DNA from: Gemmatimonadales bacterium
Lineage (GTDB): Bacteria > Gemmatimonadota > Gemmatimonadetes > Gemmatimonadales > GWC2-71-9
Direction: 5' to 3'
NCBI GenBank assembly: GCA_965248285.1
Contig: CBDFJJ010000010.1
Span: 133,062 to 197,061, forward strand
DNA length: 64,000 nt
In this document: positions 38,260 through 47,495 of the stretch, piece after piece
Numbering within the stretch: the first letter of the stretch is position 1
Layout: each line of letters begins with the position of its first letter
Notes under the pieces: model-generated
The model's input: the letters and a program-made list of their open reading frames with translations, nothing else
Databases searched by the model: none
What the model was told of the DNA's origin: nothing
Position numbers and translations under genes: made by a program

Positions 38260-38475
38260 ATGGACGAGATCCGCGCACGAAAGAAGGTGGCCCATGGATT
38301 GTTCCTTGGGAGGATCGTCAAGCCGAAGTGTTGTTCGCGGTGCGGTGCGGTGCCACCAAGGCATCGACCGCACGGACACCACGAGGATTACGAGTATCCC
38401 CTGGGCGTTGCACGGCTTTGTGCCGACTGCCACACAGCGCACCATGGGCATACGTGTTGCAAGAAAAAAACGTAA
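38260..38475 (+). CDS. HNH endonuclease, last 2 codons supplied by the inserted transposon
   Basis: CSRCG...HGHHEDYEYPL...LCADCHTAHH. Sits in the position upstream of the terminase, typical of HNH-assisted cos phages. Confidence 0.75.
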   Translation: MDEIRARKKVAHGLFLGRIVKPKCCSRCGAVPPRHRPHGHHEDYEYPLGVARLCADCHTAHHGHTCCKKKT

Positions 38476-38508
38476 TAACATACTTGACTCACCCAGTCGG
38501 GGTATGCC

Positions 38509-39369
38509 ATGATTGAGGCGTACCACTTCTACAGGCTGGGATGTCTCATGGAGTTGATCGAAACAGGGATGCTAGTTCATCAGGGGTATCTCTTGGGGAC
38601 GGTGCAGTATGTAACCGAGGGATTGTCGATTCGTAGCATGAGAATCGGTACGCAAGAACCCATTGACCTAGAAAGGCTCATTACGCGAACCGAAGGTGAG
38701 CCACTATCCGCAGAGTGGAGGGGTGCTTGGAAAGGACTTTTGGAACGGCTGCAAAGTGAATGTCAAAAACTGCATCTGAAAGCTTCGCTCTATTCGATCC
38801 GTGGAGCGCTGGAACACCTCAAAGACGAAGAGGCGACTTTAGACTTGTTCAAAAAGCATTGTGAACAGATTGCGGGGCGATTGGCGGACGAGCTTCGCGA
38901 AACGGTATGTGTCGCTATTGATCCAATGCACGCCAAATTTTTATCAGATAATCAATTACCGTTTGGCTCAGAGGTGGCTGACCGGTTTCCAAGGGCACAG
39001 GTAGACATAGAAGAAGCCGGCATATGTCTTGCTTTTCATCGCGGAACTGCTTGCGTATTCCACCTAATGCGCGTGCTAGAGGTTGCCCTTCAAGTTCTGG
39101 GCGCCGATCTCAACATTCCAAAACCCGACCGTAATTGGCAGAACCTCTTAAACGAAATTGACAAAGCGGTGAAAGGGTTACCATACCAGTCGCAAGCCGA
39201 TAAGGACGCCCGCGCCCTACGATCAGAGGCGGCGGTCCATCTTCGACAGGTTAAGGACGCGTGGCGTAACTACGTAATGCACCCGAGAGACACCTATACT
39301 GTTGATCAGGCCACAGATGTTTGGAACCACACCAAGGCGTTTATGTCGAGCCTTGCAAAGTTCCTCTAG
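38509..39369 (+). CDS. HEPN-like protein (passenger; candidate defence/abortive-infection RNase)
   Basis: 286-aa ORF (alternative start 38548). C-terminal helical domain with WRNYVMHP (Rx4H). The two 60-nt lines I counted gave 48-52% G+C, against 67% in a terminase line. Confidence 0.45.
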   Translation: MIEAYHFYRLGCLMELIETGMLVHQGYLLGTVQYVTEGLSIRSMRIGTQEPIDLERLITRTEGEPLSAEWRGAWKGLLERLQSECQKLHLKASLYSIRGALEHLKDEEATLDLFKKHCEQIAGRLADELRETVCVAIDPMHAKFLSDNQLPFGSEVADRFPRAQVDIEEAGICLAFHRGTACVFHLMRVLEVALQVLGADLNIPKPDRNWQNLLNEIDKAVKGLPYQSQADKDARALRSEAAVHLRQVKDAWRNYVMHPRDTYTVDQATDVWNHTKAFMSSLAKFL

Positions 39370-39527
39370 GGAAGATGACTGTCGCTATCTGTTTGCTTGC
39401 GCGCATCCGTCAGCAGTTCCGATTTGGGGACAGATACGATCTTGCGTACCAGTTCGGCGGTACGTCGCAACGCCTCATCCCCGTCCGGCTCGGGGTCCGG
39501 ACGGGGTTTCTCTTTCCTGTCGGTCAT
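39366..39527 (-). CDS. 53-aa hypothetical protein downstream of the transposase
   Basis: My own translation: MTDRKEKPRPDPEPDGDEALRRTAELVRKIVSVPKSELLTDARKQTDSDSHLP. Below the track's size cut-off. Its stop overlaps the HEPN-like stop (CTAG). Confidence 0.3.
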   Translation of the reverse strand: MTDRKEKPRPDPEPDGDEALRRTAELVRKIVSVPKSELLTDARKQTDSDSHLP

Positions 39528-39566
39528 TTGCGTTTCTTCGGTCCGCGTTTCAGGTATGGCCCTCGC

Positions 39567-40541
39567 TCATCCTGGCGTCGTCGCCGGGTCCAGGTCCGCG
39601 CCGATCAGTTCGGCGTAGGTCAGCCGCTTGCCGATGATCCGCCGCATCACGTCGATGAACCGGGCCACGTCCTTGGTCTTGCGGTTGTTGAACCGGAACA
39701 CCTGTTCATCAAGGTAGCGGAACAAATGAAACGGCTCCACCGAAACGTACGTGCCGCGCATCCCGCGCTTCAACAGGCTCCAGAAGTTCTCCAGGCCGTT
39801 GACGTGGATCTTCCCTTTGGCGTAGGACGTGGCGTGGTTGATGACCTTGTGGACGTAGAGCCGCCGCAGCGAGACGTAGGAGCGGAGTTGGTCGGTGTAG
39901 ACGGTGGCCCCGGGCTCGACATGTTCATCCACGACGCGGCTCACTGTCTCTTTCCGAATGTTGGGGACGATCTCGGTACGGACGGTGCTGTGGCCCTTCC
40001 GTGCCTTCCGGTCCAGCACGCCCATGACGGCAGTCTTGCCGCTGGTCCCGGCCCGCCGACCGACCATGACCCGCTGTTTCCGCGCCAATGGCATGAACCG
40101 CGCCTTGCCACCGATGAAGGTCTCGTCAATCTCGACCTCACCGTCAATGCGATCGAAGGTCTGGGTCTGCATCGCCAACCGGATACGGTGGAGCATAAAC
40201 CACGAGGTTTTCTGCGTCACGCCGAGCGCCCGACCCAGCTCGTAGGAACTGATGCCGTTCTTGGCATTGGCCAGCATCCAGATGGCGGGCAACCACTTGG
40301 ACAGCGCAACCGGGGAATCTTCGAAGATCGTCCCGACCTTCGCCGAGAATTGCCGCTTACAGCTACGGCACTTCCATATGCGGCGGGTCTTGAGGAAAGA
40401 CGGCTCTGTGGCCTCGCAGCGCGGGCAGGTGACGCCCTCGGGCCACCGCATGGCGACGATGAAATCCAAGGCCACCTGGGGGTTCTGGAAGAAGGTCACG
40501 GCTTCGAGCAGGGATCGGGGAGCAGCGATTGTCTTGTTCAT
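39567..40541 (-). CDS. IS1595-family (ISXO2-like) transposase
   Basis: N-terminal zinc ribbon CPRCE...CRSCKRQFS, then IDETFIGGK and a DDE body. Confidence 0.9.
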   Translation of the reverse strand: MNKTIAAPRSLLEAVTFFQNPQVALDFIVAMRWPEGVTCPRCEATEPSFLKTRRIWKCRSCKRQFSAKVGTIFEDSPVALSKWLPAIWMLANAKNGISSYELGRALGVTQKTSWFMLHRIRLAMQTQTFDRIDGEVEIDETFIGGKARFMPLARKQRVMVGRRAGTSGKTAVMGVLDRKARKGHSTVRTEIVPNIRKETVSRVVDEHVEPGATVYTDQLRSYVSLRRLYVHKVINHATSYAKGKIHVNGLENFWSLLKRGMRGTYVSVEPFHLFRYLDEQVFRFNNRKTKDVARFIDVMRRIIGKRLTYAELIGADLDPATTPG

Positions 40542-40705
40542 GTACCCAATCTAAGGGCATAGGCTGGGTGTGTCAAGTATATTAGAGCGGAAAAAAAGGT
40601 ACTTCTGGCGCTTGAAGCCGTGAGGGTAACGCACGAGCACAGACGATCACTATATACGGCATGTGCGCAAGTCTATGTCGTGTCGTGTGTTCGGGAAGGC
40701 TGTTC

Positions 40706-41215
40706 ATGGTAACAAAGAGATCGACCCAGGCGACATCGCGCAACGCGCGGGTCACGCAAACAGCGTTGGCCAAATTATTCCGCGTTGACGTGCGAACGAT
40801 TCAGCGGTGGACCAAAGCCGGTATGCCGCGAGAGGGCGCCAGCCGGTCCTCCAAGTACGACTTGCCCCAGTGCATCGCGTGGCGACGGGAGGAAGACCGG
40901 AAAGAGGCCGAGGATCTCCGGCACCCCAAGACGTTCGAGGAAGCCCGGGCGCGGAAGATGGCGGCCGAGGCGGAATTGGCAGAACTCGACGTGATGGAGC
41001 GGCGCGGTGAGCTTGGCACGGTCGAGGAGATGGACGAAGTGATCACGACGGGGTTCGGTCGGATGCGGGCGTACGGCTTGGGTGCACCCTCTCGCCATGC
41101 TCGGGACTTTGTTGGACTCAAGACCGTGACGGCTGCGCGCAACGCCGTCCGACACCTGATCACCGAATTGTTCGACGCGTTCCATCGCATGGGCGAGGAA
41201 GACGAGGCTGCGTGA
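40706..41215 (+). CDS. terminase small subunit (Nu1-like HTH)
   Basis: VTQTALAKLFRVDVRTIQRWTKAGMP. Its stop overlaps the TerL start. The start could also be 40661. Confidence 0.65.
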   Translation: MVTKRSTQATSRNARVTQTALAKLFRVDVRTIQRWTKAGMPREGASRSSKYDLPQCIAWRREEDRKEAEDLRHPKTFEEARARKMAAEAELAELDVMERRGELGTVEEMDEVITTGFGRMRAYGLGAPSRHARDFVGLKTVTAARNAVRHLITELFDAFHRMGEEDEAA

Positions 41216-43128
41216 GTGTGGCGCTGGAGAACCTCACTGGTCCCGCGGAGGTCAGTGACCGATTTCGCGAGCACGCCCAGGCGATCTTTGCCCCGCCGGA
41301 GGATCTAACCGGGAGCGAGTGGGCCGATAAGTACCGCGTGATCAGCCCCGGCAACCCGGAGCCCGGTCCCTGGCGCACCGATCGCGCGCCCTACCTGCGC
41401 GAGATCATGAACGTCTGTACCGACCAAAGCGTCGGCGACAAACGTGTGGTGTTCATGAAGTCCGCCCGGGTGGGTGGGACCCAGGCCGGATGTAATGTGA
41501 TCGGGTTCTATACCCATGAAGTCCCGTCCCAGATGCTCGTGGTCCAGCCTACCAAGGAAGACGCCGAAGGATTTTCGAAAGAACAGTTGAAGCCCATGAT
41601 CGACGACACGCCCGTCCTCCGGGAGACCTATTACCCTGAAACGGGCCGGCGAGATTCCCGCAACACCATCCTCAAGAAGTCGTTCCCCGGGGGATTCTTG
41701 GTCATGGTGGGATCGAACAGCGCCTCGGGTTTTCGACGGCGCGACATTCAACGGGTGTTCTTGGAAGAGGTCGACGGTTACGGGCGGGTGGCGCGCGGGA
41801 GTTCGACCAATGCGGAAGGTGACCCGGTCACCCTGGCCGTCAAACGCACCCAGAACTACGACGACCGGCTGATCTACGAGAACTCCACCCCGACCATCAA
41901 GGGGCAGTCGCGCATCGAGCACGACTTCACCCTCTCCGATCAGCGTCGGTATTTCGTCCCCTGCCCCTTCTGCGGCCACATGCAGGTGTTGCACTGGCGC
42001 AACCTGCGCTGGGTGGACAATGACCCGGCGACGGTGCAGTACACCTGCGGGGAGATTTCCAACGAGGGCGAACTCGAGGCAGGATGCGGGAAACCGATCG
42101 AGGAACACCAGAAGCAATGGATGCTCCGCCGTGGGGAGTGGCGGGCCTCCCATGCGGGCCGGCGGATTATCGGCTTTCACCTCTGGGCGGCGTATTCACC
42201 CTTTACCACGTGGGAACGCTTGGTCGAGGAGTGGCTCAACGCCCAGGGCAACAACGAGCTCCTGCAGGTCTTCGTTAACACCGTGCTCGGGGAGACATGG
42301 GAGGGGCCCGCCGGCGAACAAATCGACCACACGGGACTCCTGGCCCGGCGCGAGCGGTATGCCACCGACGTGCCGGCCGGCGTGGGGCTGCTGACCGCAG
42401 GAACGGACGTGCAGGGCGATCGCCTCGAGGTCAGCGTGTGGGGGTGGGGAAAGGGAGAGGAGCAGTGGCTGATTGATCACCAAGTGCTTTTTGGCGACCC
42501 ACACCACGACGAGGTGTGGCGGCAGTTGGACGTGGTGCTCGATCGTCCGTGGAAGCACGCCTCCGGAGCCGACCTCCATCTCCGCGCCATGGGTGTCGAC
42601 GCGGGGGGGCATCATACCCTTGAGGTCCATCAATACTGTGCGGCTCGCTTTTCCCGGGGGGTGATGGCCATGCGAGGGGCCAACGTCCCGGGCGCGGCCG
42701 CGCTCCAGACACCGAGCACGAAAAGCAAAGCGAAAGGGAAACTGTGGACGACGGGCACGGAGGCGCTGAAGGATCTCTTGTATGCCCGGTTGAAACTCAC
42801 CACATCCGCACCGGGGTACGTCCATTTCCCGGTGCACATTGAGGACGAGTACTTCCGGCAACTCACGGCCGAGAAGGCGGTCACGCGCTATGTGAAGAGT
42901 CGGCCGGTGCGCAGGTACGACTTAAAACCCGGCCACCGGAACGAGGCGCTCGACTGTGCGGTCCTGGCGATCGCGGCGTTGATTGCGCTGGGGCCTATTC
43001 GCGACCATCTCGGCGTGTTGGTTGAACAGGTCAACGAAGCTGGCCGGTCGGGGCGGAAGGCCCCGGCGGGCAGGAGGCGACGACGCCTCCGCCGGACGGG
43101 GACCCTTTCCCGTGGCGTTGAGGTGTGA
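41212..43128 (+). CDS. terminase large subunit, lambda GpA family
   Basis: 638 aa. GSEWADKYRVISPGNPEPGPWRTDRAPYLREIMN is the GpA signature region. Confidence 0.9.
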   Translation: MSVALENLTGPAEVSDRFREHAQAIFAPPEDLTGSEWADKYRVISPGNPEPGPWRTDRAPYLREIMNVCTDQSVGDKRVVFMKSARVGGTQAGCNVIGFYTHEVPSQMLVVQPTKEDAEGFSKEQLKPMIDDTPVLRETYYPETGRRDSRNTILKKSFPGGFLVMVGSNSASGFRRRDIQRVFLEEVDGYGRVARGSSTNAEGDPVTLAVKRTQNYDDRLIYENSTPTIKGQSRIEHDFTLSDQRRYFVPCPFCGHMQVLHWRNLRWVDNDPATVQYTCGEISNEGELEAGCGKPIEEHQKQWMLRRGEWRASHAGRRIIGFHLWAAYSPFTTWERLVEEWLNAQGNNELLQVFVNTVLGETWEGPAGEQIDHTGLLARRERYATDVPAGVGLLTAGTDVQGDRLEVSVWGWGKGEEQWLIDHQVLFGDPHHDEVWRQLDVVLDRPWKHASGADLHLRAMGVDAGGHHTLEVHQYCAARFSRGVMAMRGANVPGAAALQTPSTKSKAKGKLWTTGTEALKDLLYARLKLTTSAPGYVHFPVHIEDEYFRQLTAEKAVTRYVKSRPVRRYDLKPGHRNEALDCAVLAIAALIALGPIRDHLGVLVEQVNEAGRSGRKAPAGRRRRRLRRTGTLSRGVEV

Positions 43129-43341
43129 ATGTTTGACGGGATTCCCACAAGGCCGGTGCGAAAGTGTCCGCACTGTCACCGAGCCCTCAACGTACGGGTC
43201 GCTCGACACGCCCGGGGAAAACTGGAATACGATCCCGGCGAAGTCGTGATCACCGTACGGTGCCACCGGTCGGATTGTGGGAGGATCGTGCCGCTCACAG
43301 CGGAGGATCTCCACTTCGTCGAACGTCAGGGGATTGCGTAA
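43129..43341 (+). CDS. small zinc-ribbon protein
   Basis: CPHCH...CHRSDC. Confidence 0.4.
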   Translation: MFDGIPTRPVRKCPHCHRALNVRVARHARGKLEYDPGEVVITVRCHRSDCGRIVPLTAEDLHFVERQGIA

Positions 43342-43488
43342 CGTATTGGCTGTCCCTAGCTTTGAGCGTAACAACACAGTAGGGCCACAGGCGCCTTGGA
43401 GCGCCACAGATGCCTTGGAGCGTCACAGGCCCCCGCTTTCGACATGCGTGTCGAGCGGGGGCTTTTCTTCGTTTTGGGCGGGCAGGCC

Positions 43489-43812
43489 ATGGCCGGAACG
43501 TTCTTCGCCGACAAACGCGACGCGGTGCAAACCGCCATTACTCAGGTCGAGACGGTTGCGTCGGCGACGCTCGACGGCACGACCTACGGGAAGACGGATC
43601 TTCCGTACCTCTATGATCTTGAGGAACTCCGGTCGCTCCAGGCCGCGCGCCAGGACATCCTCGAGCGCAACCAAGCTGCGGCGATCGCTGGTCGGCGCGT
43701 TGATCGGGCTGGCTTGGATCAGGTCAACGCGCAAATCGAAAAGGTCCGCGCCCGCGTGAACCGGCACGCGCGCAAGGGGCTCACGGTCCGCCGGGTTGTA
43801 CCGGTCGCCTGA
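43489..43812 (+). CDS. gpW-like head-tail joining protein
   Basis: Lies between terminase and portal as in lambda. Start chosen at MAGTFFADKRD. Confidence 0.45.
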   Translation: MAGTFFADKRDAVQTAITQVETVASATLDGTTYGKTDLPYLYDLEELRSLQAARQDILERNQAAAIAGRRVDRAGLDQVNAQIEKVRARVNRHARKGLTVRRVVPVA

Positions 43813-45428
43813 TGTTCGGTATTGAATTCCCCGCCCCAACGGCCGTCGATCGCCTAGTCGGGATGTTTTCCCCCAAAGCAGAGCTGAATCGGCTCAAAGC
43901 CCGTGCGGCCCTGCGGTTCTTCGGCCCCGGCGGGTACAGTGGGGCCAGCAAAACCCGCCCATCCCTCAAGGCCTACCATCCGCGGGCACGAAGCGCCGAC
44001 GAGGATATCCTCGGCGACGTCGTCGACCTGCGTGCGCGCAGTCGCGATTTGGTGCGCAATACGCCCATCGCGACCGGTGCCCTGAACACGATGACCACCC
44101 ATGCGGTGGGATCCGGGCTCGCGCTCCAATCACAAATCGATCGCGAATTCCTCGGCTTGTCGGACGACGACGCCGATGCGTGGGAGCGTCAGGCCGAACG
44201 CCTCTGGCGCGCATGGTCGGCCACCTCGGCCTGCGACATCACCGGCCATTCGGATTTCGGTGCCCTGCAGGACCTGGTCCTTCGATCGACGCTCGAAAGC
44301 GGCGATATCCTCCCGGTGCGGCGTTTTGTCGAGCGACGTGGGGACGTACTCGGGCTCAAGGTGCAACTGATCGAAGCGGACCGGATTTCCAACCCTGAGC
44401 GTGAACCGAACACGGACCGGCTCGTGGACGGCGTCGAGTTCGACGCCAACGGCCGTCCGGTCCGCTACCACGTGGCCAACCGTCACCCCAACGCGCTGTC
44501 GCTCGGCTTCACCGACATGTTGGTATGGACGGCCATCCCTGCGGTGGATCGTCGCAGCGGCGAACGGCGCGCGTTGCACGTCTTCCGGAAGATCCGCCCG
44601 GGGCAAACCCGGGGGGTCCCGATCTTTGCCCCGGTCATCGAACCGTTGAAACAGCTTGGTCGATATACAGACGCCGAGCTCATGGCCGCCGTGGTTGCGT
44701 CGTTCTTCACGGTCTTTGTGAAATCGGGATTGGCCGAACAAGGGCTGGATTTCGCGCCACTCGATCCGGACGACACCAACCCGCCGAAGGACTACGAGTA
44801 CAAGCTGGGGAGTGGGTCCGTCGTGGGTTTGGCGGACGGCGAAGAGGTGCAGATCGCCGATCCCAAGCGACCCAATGACCGCTTCGATCCGTTCGTCATG
44901 GCGGTGTTGCGGCAGGTCGGGGCGGCGATCGAGGTCCCGTTCGAACTCCTCGTCAAACATTTCACGTCGAGCTACAGCGCCTCGCGAGCCGCGCTGCTGG
45001 AGGCGTGGCGGGCGGTCATGACGCGTCGGACGTGGCTCGCGCGGATGTTCTGCCAACCCTCGTACGAATGGGCCATCGCCGAAGCGGTCACGCGTGGGAT
45101 GCTCCGCGCTCCCGGATTCTTTGCCAACCCGATGTTCCGTCGCGCCTGGTGCGGCACGCGGTGGATCGGTCCGGCCCAAGGCCAGATCGATCCGTTGAAG
45201 GAAATCAATGCGGCCGAGAAACGGCTGGACGTCGGTGTCTCGACCATCGCGGAAGAAACCGCCCAGTTCACCGGCGGCGATTGGGAGCGGAACCACGCGC
45301 AGCAGGTGAAGGAAAAGACCATGCGGCAGCGCGACGGTCTCGGGGGCGCACCAACTCCTCCTACGGCCACGGCCGTGCTCGAGGAACCTGCGGACGCGGT
45401 GGACAAGGAAGAGGACGACGATGCGTAA
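43812..45428 (+). CDS. portal protein, lambda family
   Basis: GYSGASKTRPSLKAYHPRARSADEDILGDVVDLRARSRDLVRNTPIATGAL. Confidence 0.9.
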   Translation: MFGIEFPAPTAVDRLVGMFSPKAELNRLKARAALRFFGPGGYSGASKTRPSLKAYHPRARSADEDILGDVVDLRARSRDLVRNTPIATGALNTMTTHAVGSGLALQSQIDREFLGLSDDDADAWERQAERLWRAWSATSACDITGHSDFGALQDLVLRSTLESGDILPVRRFVERRGDVLGLKVQLIEADRISNPEREPNTDRLVDGVEFDANGRPVRYHVANRHPNALSLGFTDMLVWTAIPAVDRRSGERRALHVFRKIRPGQTRGVPIFAPVIEPLKQLGRYTDAELMAAVVASFFTVFVKSGLAEQGLDFAPLDPDDTNPPKDYEYKLGSGSVVGLADGEEVQIADPKRPNDRFDPFVMAVLRQVGAAIEVPFELLVKHFTSSYSASRAALLEAWRAVMTRRTWLARMFCQPSYEWAIAEAVTRGMLRAPGFFANPMFRRAWCGTRWIGPAQGQIDPLKEINAAEKRLDVGVSTIAEETAQFTGGDWERNHAQQVKEKTMRQRDGLGGAPTPPTATAVLEEPADAVDKEEDDDA

Positions 45429-46758
45429 GCGCGTGATGAAGAAGCAGCTTGCGCAGATGCAGGCCGCCCATGCCACTCGCCGACCGGCGGGACATGCGCT
45501 CGAGTTGGCCCTCGAGGCCCCGTGGGCCATCACCGAAGAAGCCTTGCGCAACATCCTGGCCATTGCAGGCCGGGAAAATCCGTCACCCGAAGCCATCGCG
45601 GCGACACTCGGGCGCGAACTCGACAACACGCAGCGGACGACTGTTCGGGACGGGGTCGCCACGATTCCTGTCACCGGCCCACTCTTCCGGAAAGCCAACC
45701 TGCTCACGCGGATCAGTGGCGCGACATCAATGGAAGTGTTGGCCCAAGACATCACGACGGCCCTGGAATCCCCAGAGGTCGATGCGCTGCTGTTCGACTA
45801 CAACAGTCCGGGCGGGATGGTCGACGGCACGTCGGAGCTTGGGGATCTGATGTTCGACGCGCGCGGCAAGAAGCCCATGGTTGCCTTTGTGTCGTTCCAG
45901 TGCAACTCCGGCGCGTTTTGGCTGGCGAGTGCCGCGGACGAGATCGTGGTCGGCGACACCGCCATCGTGGGGAACCTCGGCGTGCGATTCACCTACCTCG
46001 ACGAGACGAAGGCGCTGGCGATGGCCGGTCTTCGCGAGATCGAGATCATTTCGAGCCAAACCCCCCGCAAGGCCATGGATCCCGCCAAACGAGACGGCCG
46101 GGCGCAGATCCAAGAAATGGCGGATCATCTCGCGGAGGTCTTTCTGGCAAAAGTCGCGCGGAACCGCGACGTGTCGTTCGACACCGTCCTCAACGCATAC
46201 GGCCAGGGCGGCGTGTTCGTCGGAGAAGCCGCCGTTGACGCGGGGGTCGCGGAGCGTACGGCCACCTACGAAACGCTACACGCCGAACTCGTCGCGCGCG
46301 GCAAGCCGACGACGGCGTTGTTCACCGGCGCGTCCGGCGCCATCAACCAGGAGACGCTCTCCATGGACACCGAGAACAAGGATGTGACGCCGGAAGCCAA
46401 GGCGCTCACGAAAGAAGAGCTTGAAGCGCAATACCCCGCGTTCGTCACGGCGTGCAAGACCGACGCAGCGACGGCGGAACGTGATCGCTTGGCCGGGATC
46501 GACGCGCTCGCCGAGCCAGGGCACGAGACGCTCATCACCGCGTGCAAAAACGATCCCGACTGTACGCCCGAAACGGCAGCCTTCCGGATCAAGCTCGCCG
46601 AGAAGACCGCCAACGCCCGCCGCCTCGAGGCGTTGCAGACGGACGAGGAGGAACTCGAGAAGCCAAACCCGTTGGCGTCCGATGCGACCGACGAAAACGG
46701 TGAAACCATGGGCAAGCGGATTGCGGCCCAGTTCCAGCAACTGACCCAGTCGGCCTAA
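45421..46758 (+). CDS. S49-family head maturation protease with scaffold-like C-terminus
   Basis: FDYNSPGGMVDG motif. Acidic helical C-terminal half. Confidence 0.8.
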   Translation: MRKRVMKKQLAQMQAAHATRRPAGHALELALEAPWAITEEALRNILAIAGRENPSPEAIAATLGRELDNTQRTTVRDGVATIPVTGPLFRKANLLTRISGATSMEVLAQDITTALESPEVDALLFDYNSPGGMVDGTSELGDLMFDARGKKPMVAFVSFQCNSGAFWLASAADEIVVGDTAIVGNLGVRFTYLDETKALAMAGLREIEIISSQTPRKAMDPAKRDGRAQIQEMADHLAEVFLAKVARNRDVSFDTVLNAYGQGGVFVGEAAVDAGVAERTATYETLHAELVARGKPTTALFTGASGAINQETLSMDTENKDVTPEAKALTKEELEAQYPAFVTACKTDAATAERDRLAGIDALAEPGHETLITACKNDPDCTPETAAFRIKLAEKTANARRLEALQTDEEELEKPNPLASDATDENGETMGKRIAAQFQQLTQSA

Positions 46759-46803
46759 GTGCGGGCCGTCGACACACCCGAACGGCGTTCGTAGGAGGAA
46801 TCC

Positions 46804-47466
46804 ATGACGACCTCGTCTTATAGCCAGACCTCGTTTACTCCGGATCGCCTGTTCGGTGATCCGCCACCCAAGCTGTCGCGCAAGATCACCCTGTTGAGCG
46901 GACAAAACCTCGCGCGCGGTGCCGTCCTTGGCAAGATCACCGGTGGGGTCGGCGCGACCGACGACGATGGCGTGGTCGATGCCGGGAACACCGGCGATGG
47001 CACGATCGGCACCGTGAGCGCGGTCGCGGGGGCGCAACCTGGCGTCTACACGATCACGTTCATCGAACCTGCCGCCAACCTCGGCACGTTCACGGTCGAA
47101 GATCCCAACGGGGTCGAGATCGGGACGGGTGTGGTCGGGACGCAGTTCTCGAAGCAAGTCCAGTTCACCATCGCGGATGGCGCAACGGACTTCATCGCGG
47201 GTGACATTTTCCGAATCACGGTCACGGCGGTGGCGACCGAGAAGTACACGCTATCGGCGGCGGCGGCGACCGACGGGTCGGAAACTCCGGACGCCGTACT
47301 GGCGGAAGCCACGGATGCCAGCGCGGGCGACAAGGGAGCGATGGCGTACTTCGATGGCGCCTTCAACGAAGACCGTGTGGTGCTCGGTGCCGGACATACG
47401 GTGGCGAGCATCCGCGACGGCCTCCGGGAAAAGAACATCGAGCTCGGGAAACCCCTCAGCGCGTAA
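46804..47466 (+). CDS. head decoration protein
   Basis: Lies between the protease and the capsid gene. LSGQNLARGAVLGKITGG pattern. Confidence 0.55.
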   Translation: MTTSSYSQTSFTPDRLFGDPPPKLSRKITLLSGQNLARGAVLGKITGGVGATDDDGVVDAGNTGDGTIGTVSAVAGAQPGVYTITFIEPAANLGTFTVEDPNGVEIGTGVVGTQFSKQVQFTIADGATDFIAGDIFRITVTAVATEKYTLSAAAATDGSETPDAVLAEATDASAGDKGAMAYFDGAFNEDRVVLGAGHTVASIRDGLREKNIELGKPLSA

Positions 47467-47495
47467 CCCTGTGCACTACGGAGGCAACGAGACCC

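Larger units (their letters stand above)
38471..40589 (-). mobile_element. IS1595-family transposon with passenger genes
   Basis: 26-nt IRs match 21/26 without gaps (CGTAATAACATACTTGACTCACCCAG vs CGCTCTAATATACTTGACACACCCAG). 8-bp direct repeat GAAAAAAA at 38463-38470 and 40590-40597. Confidence 0.85.
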
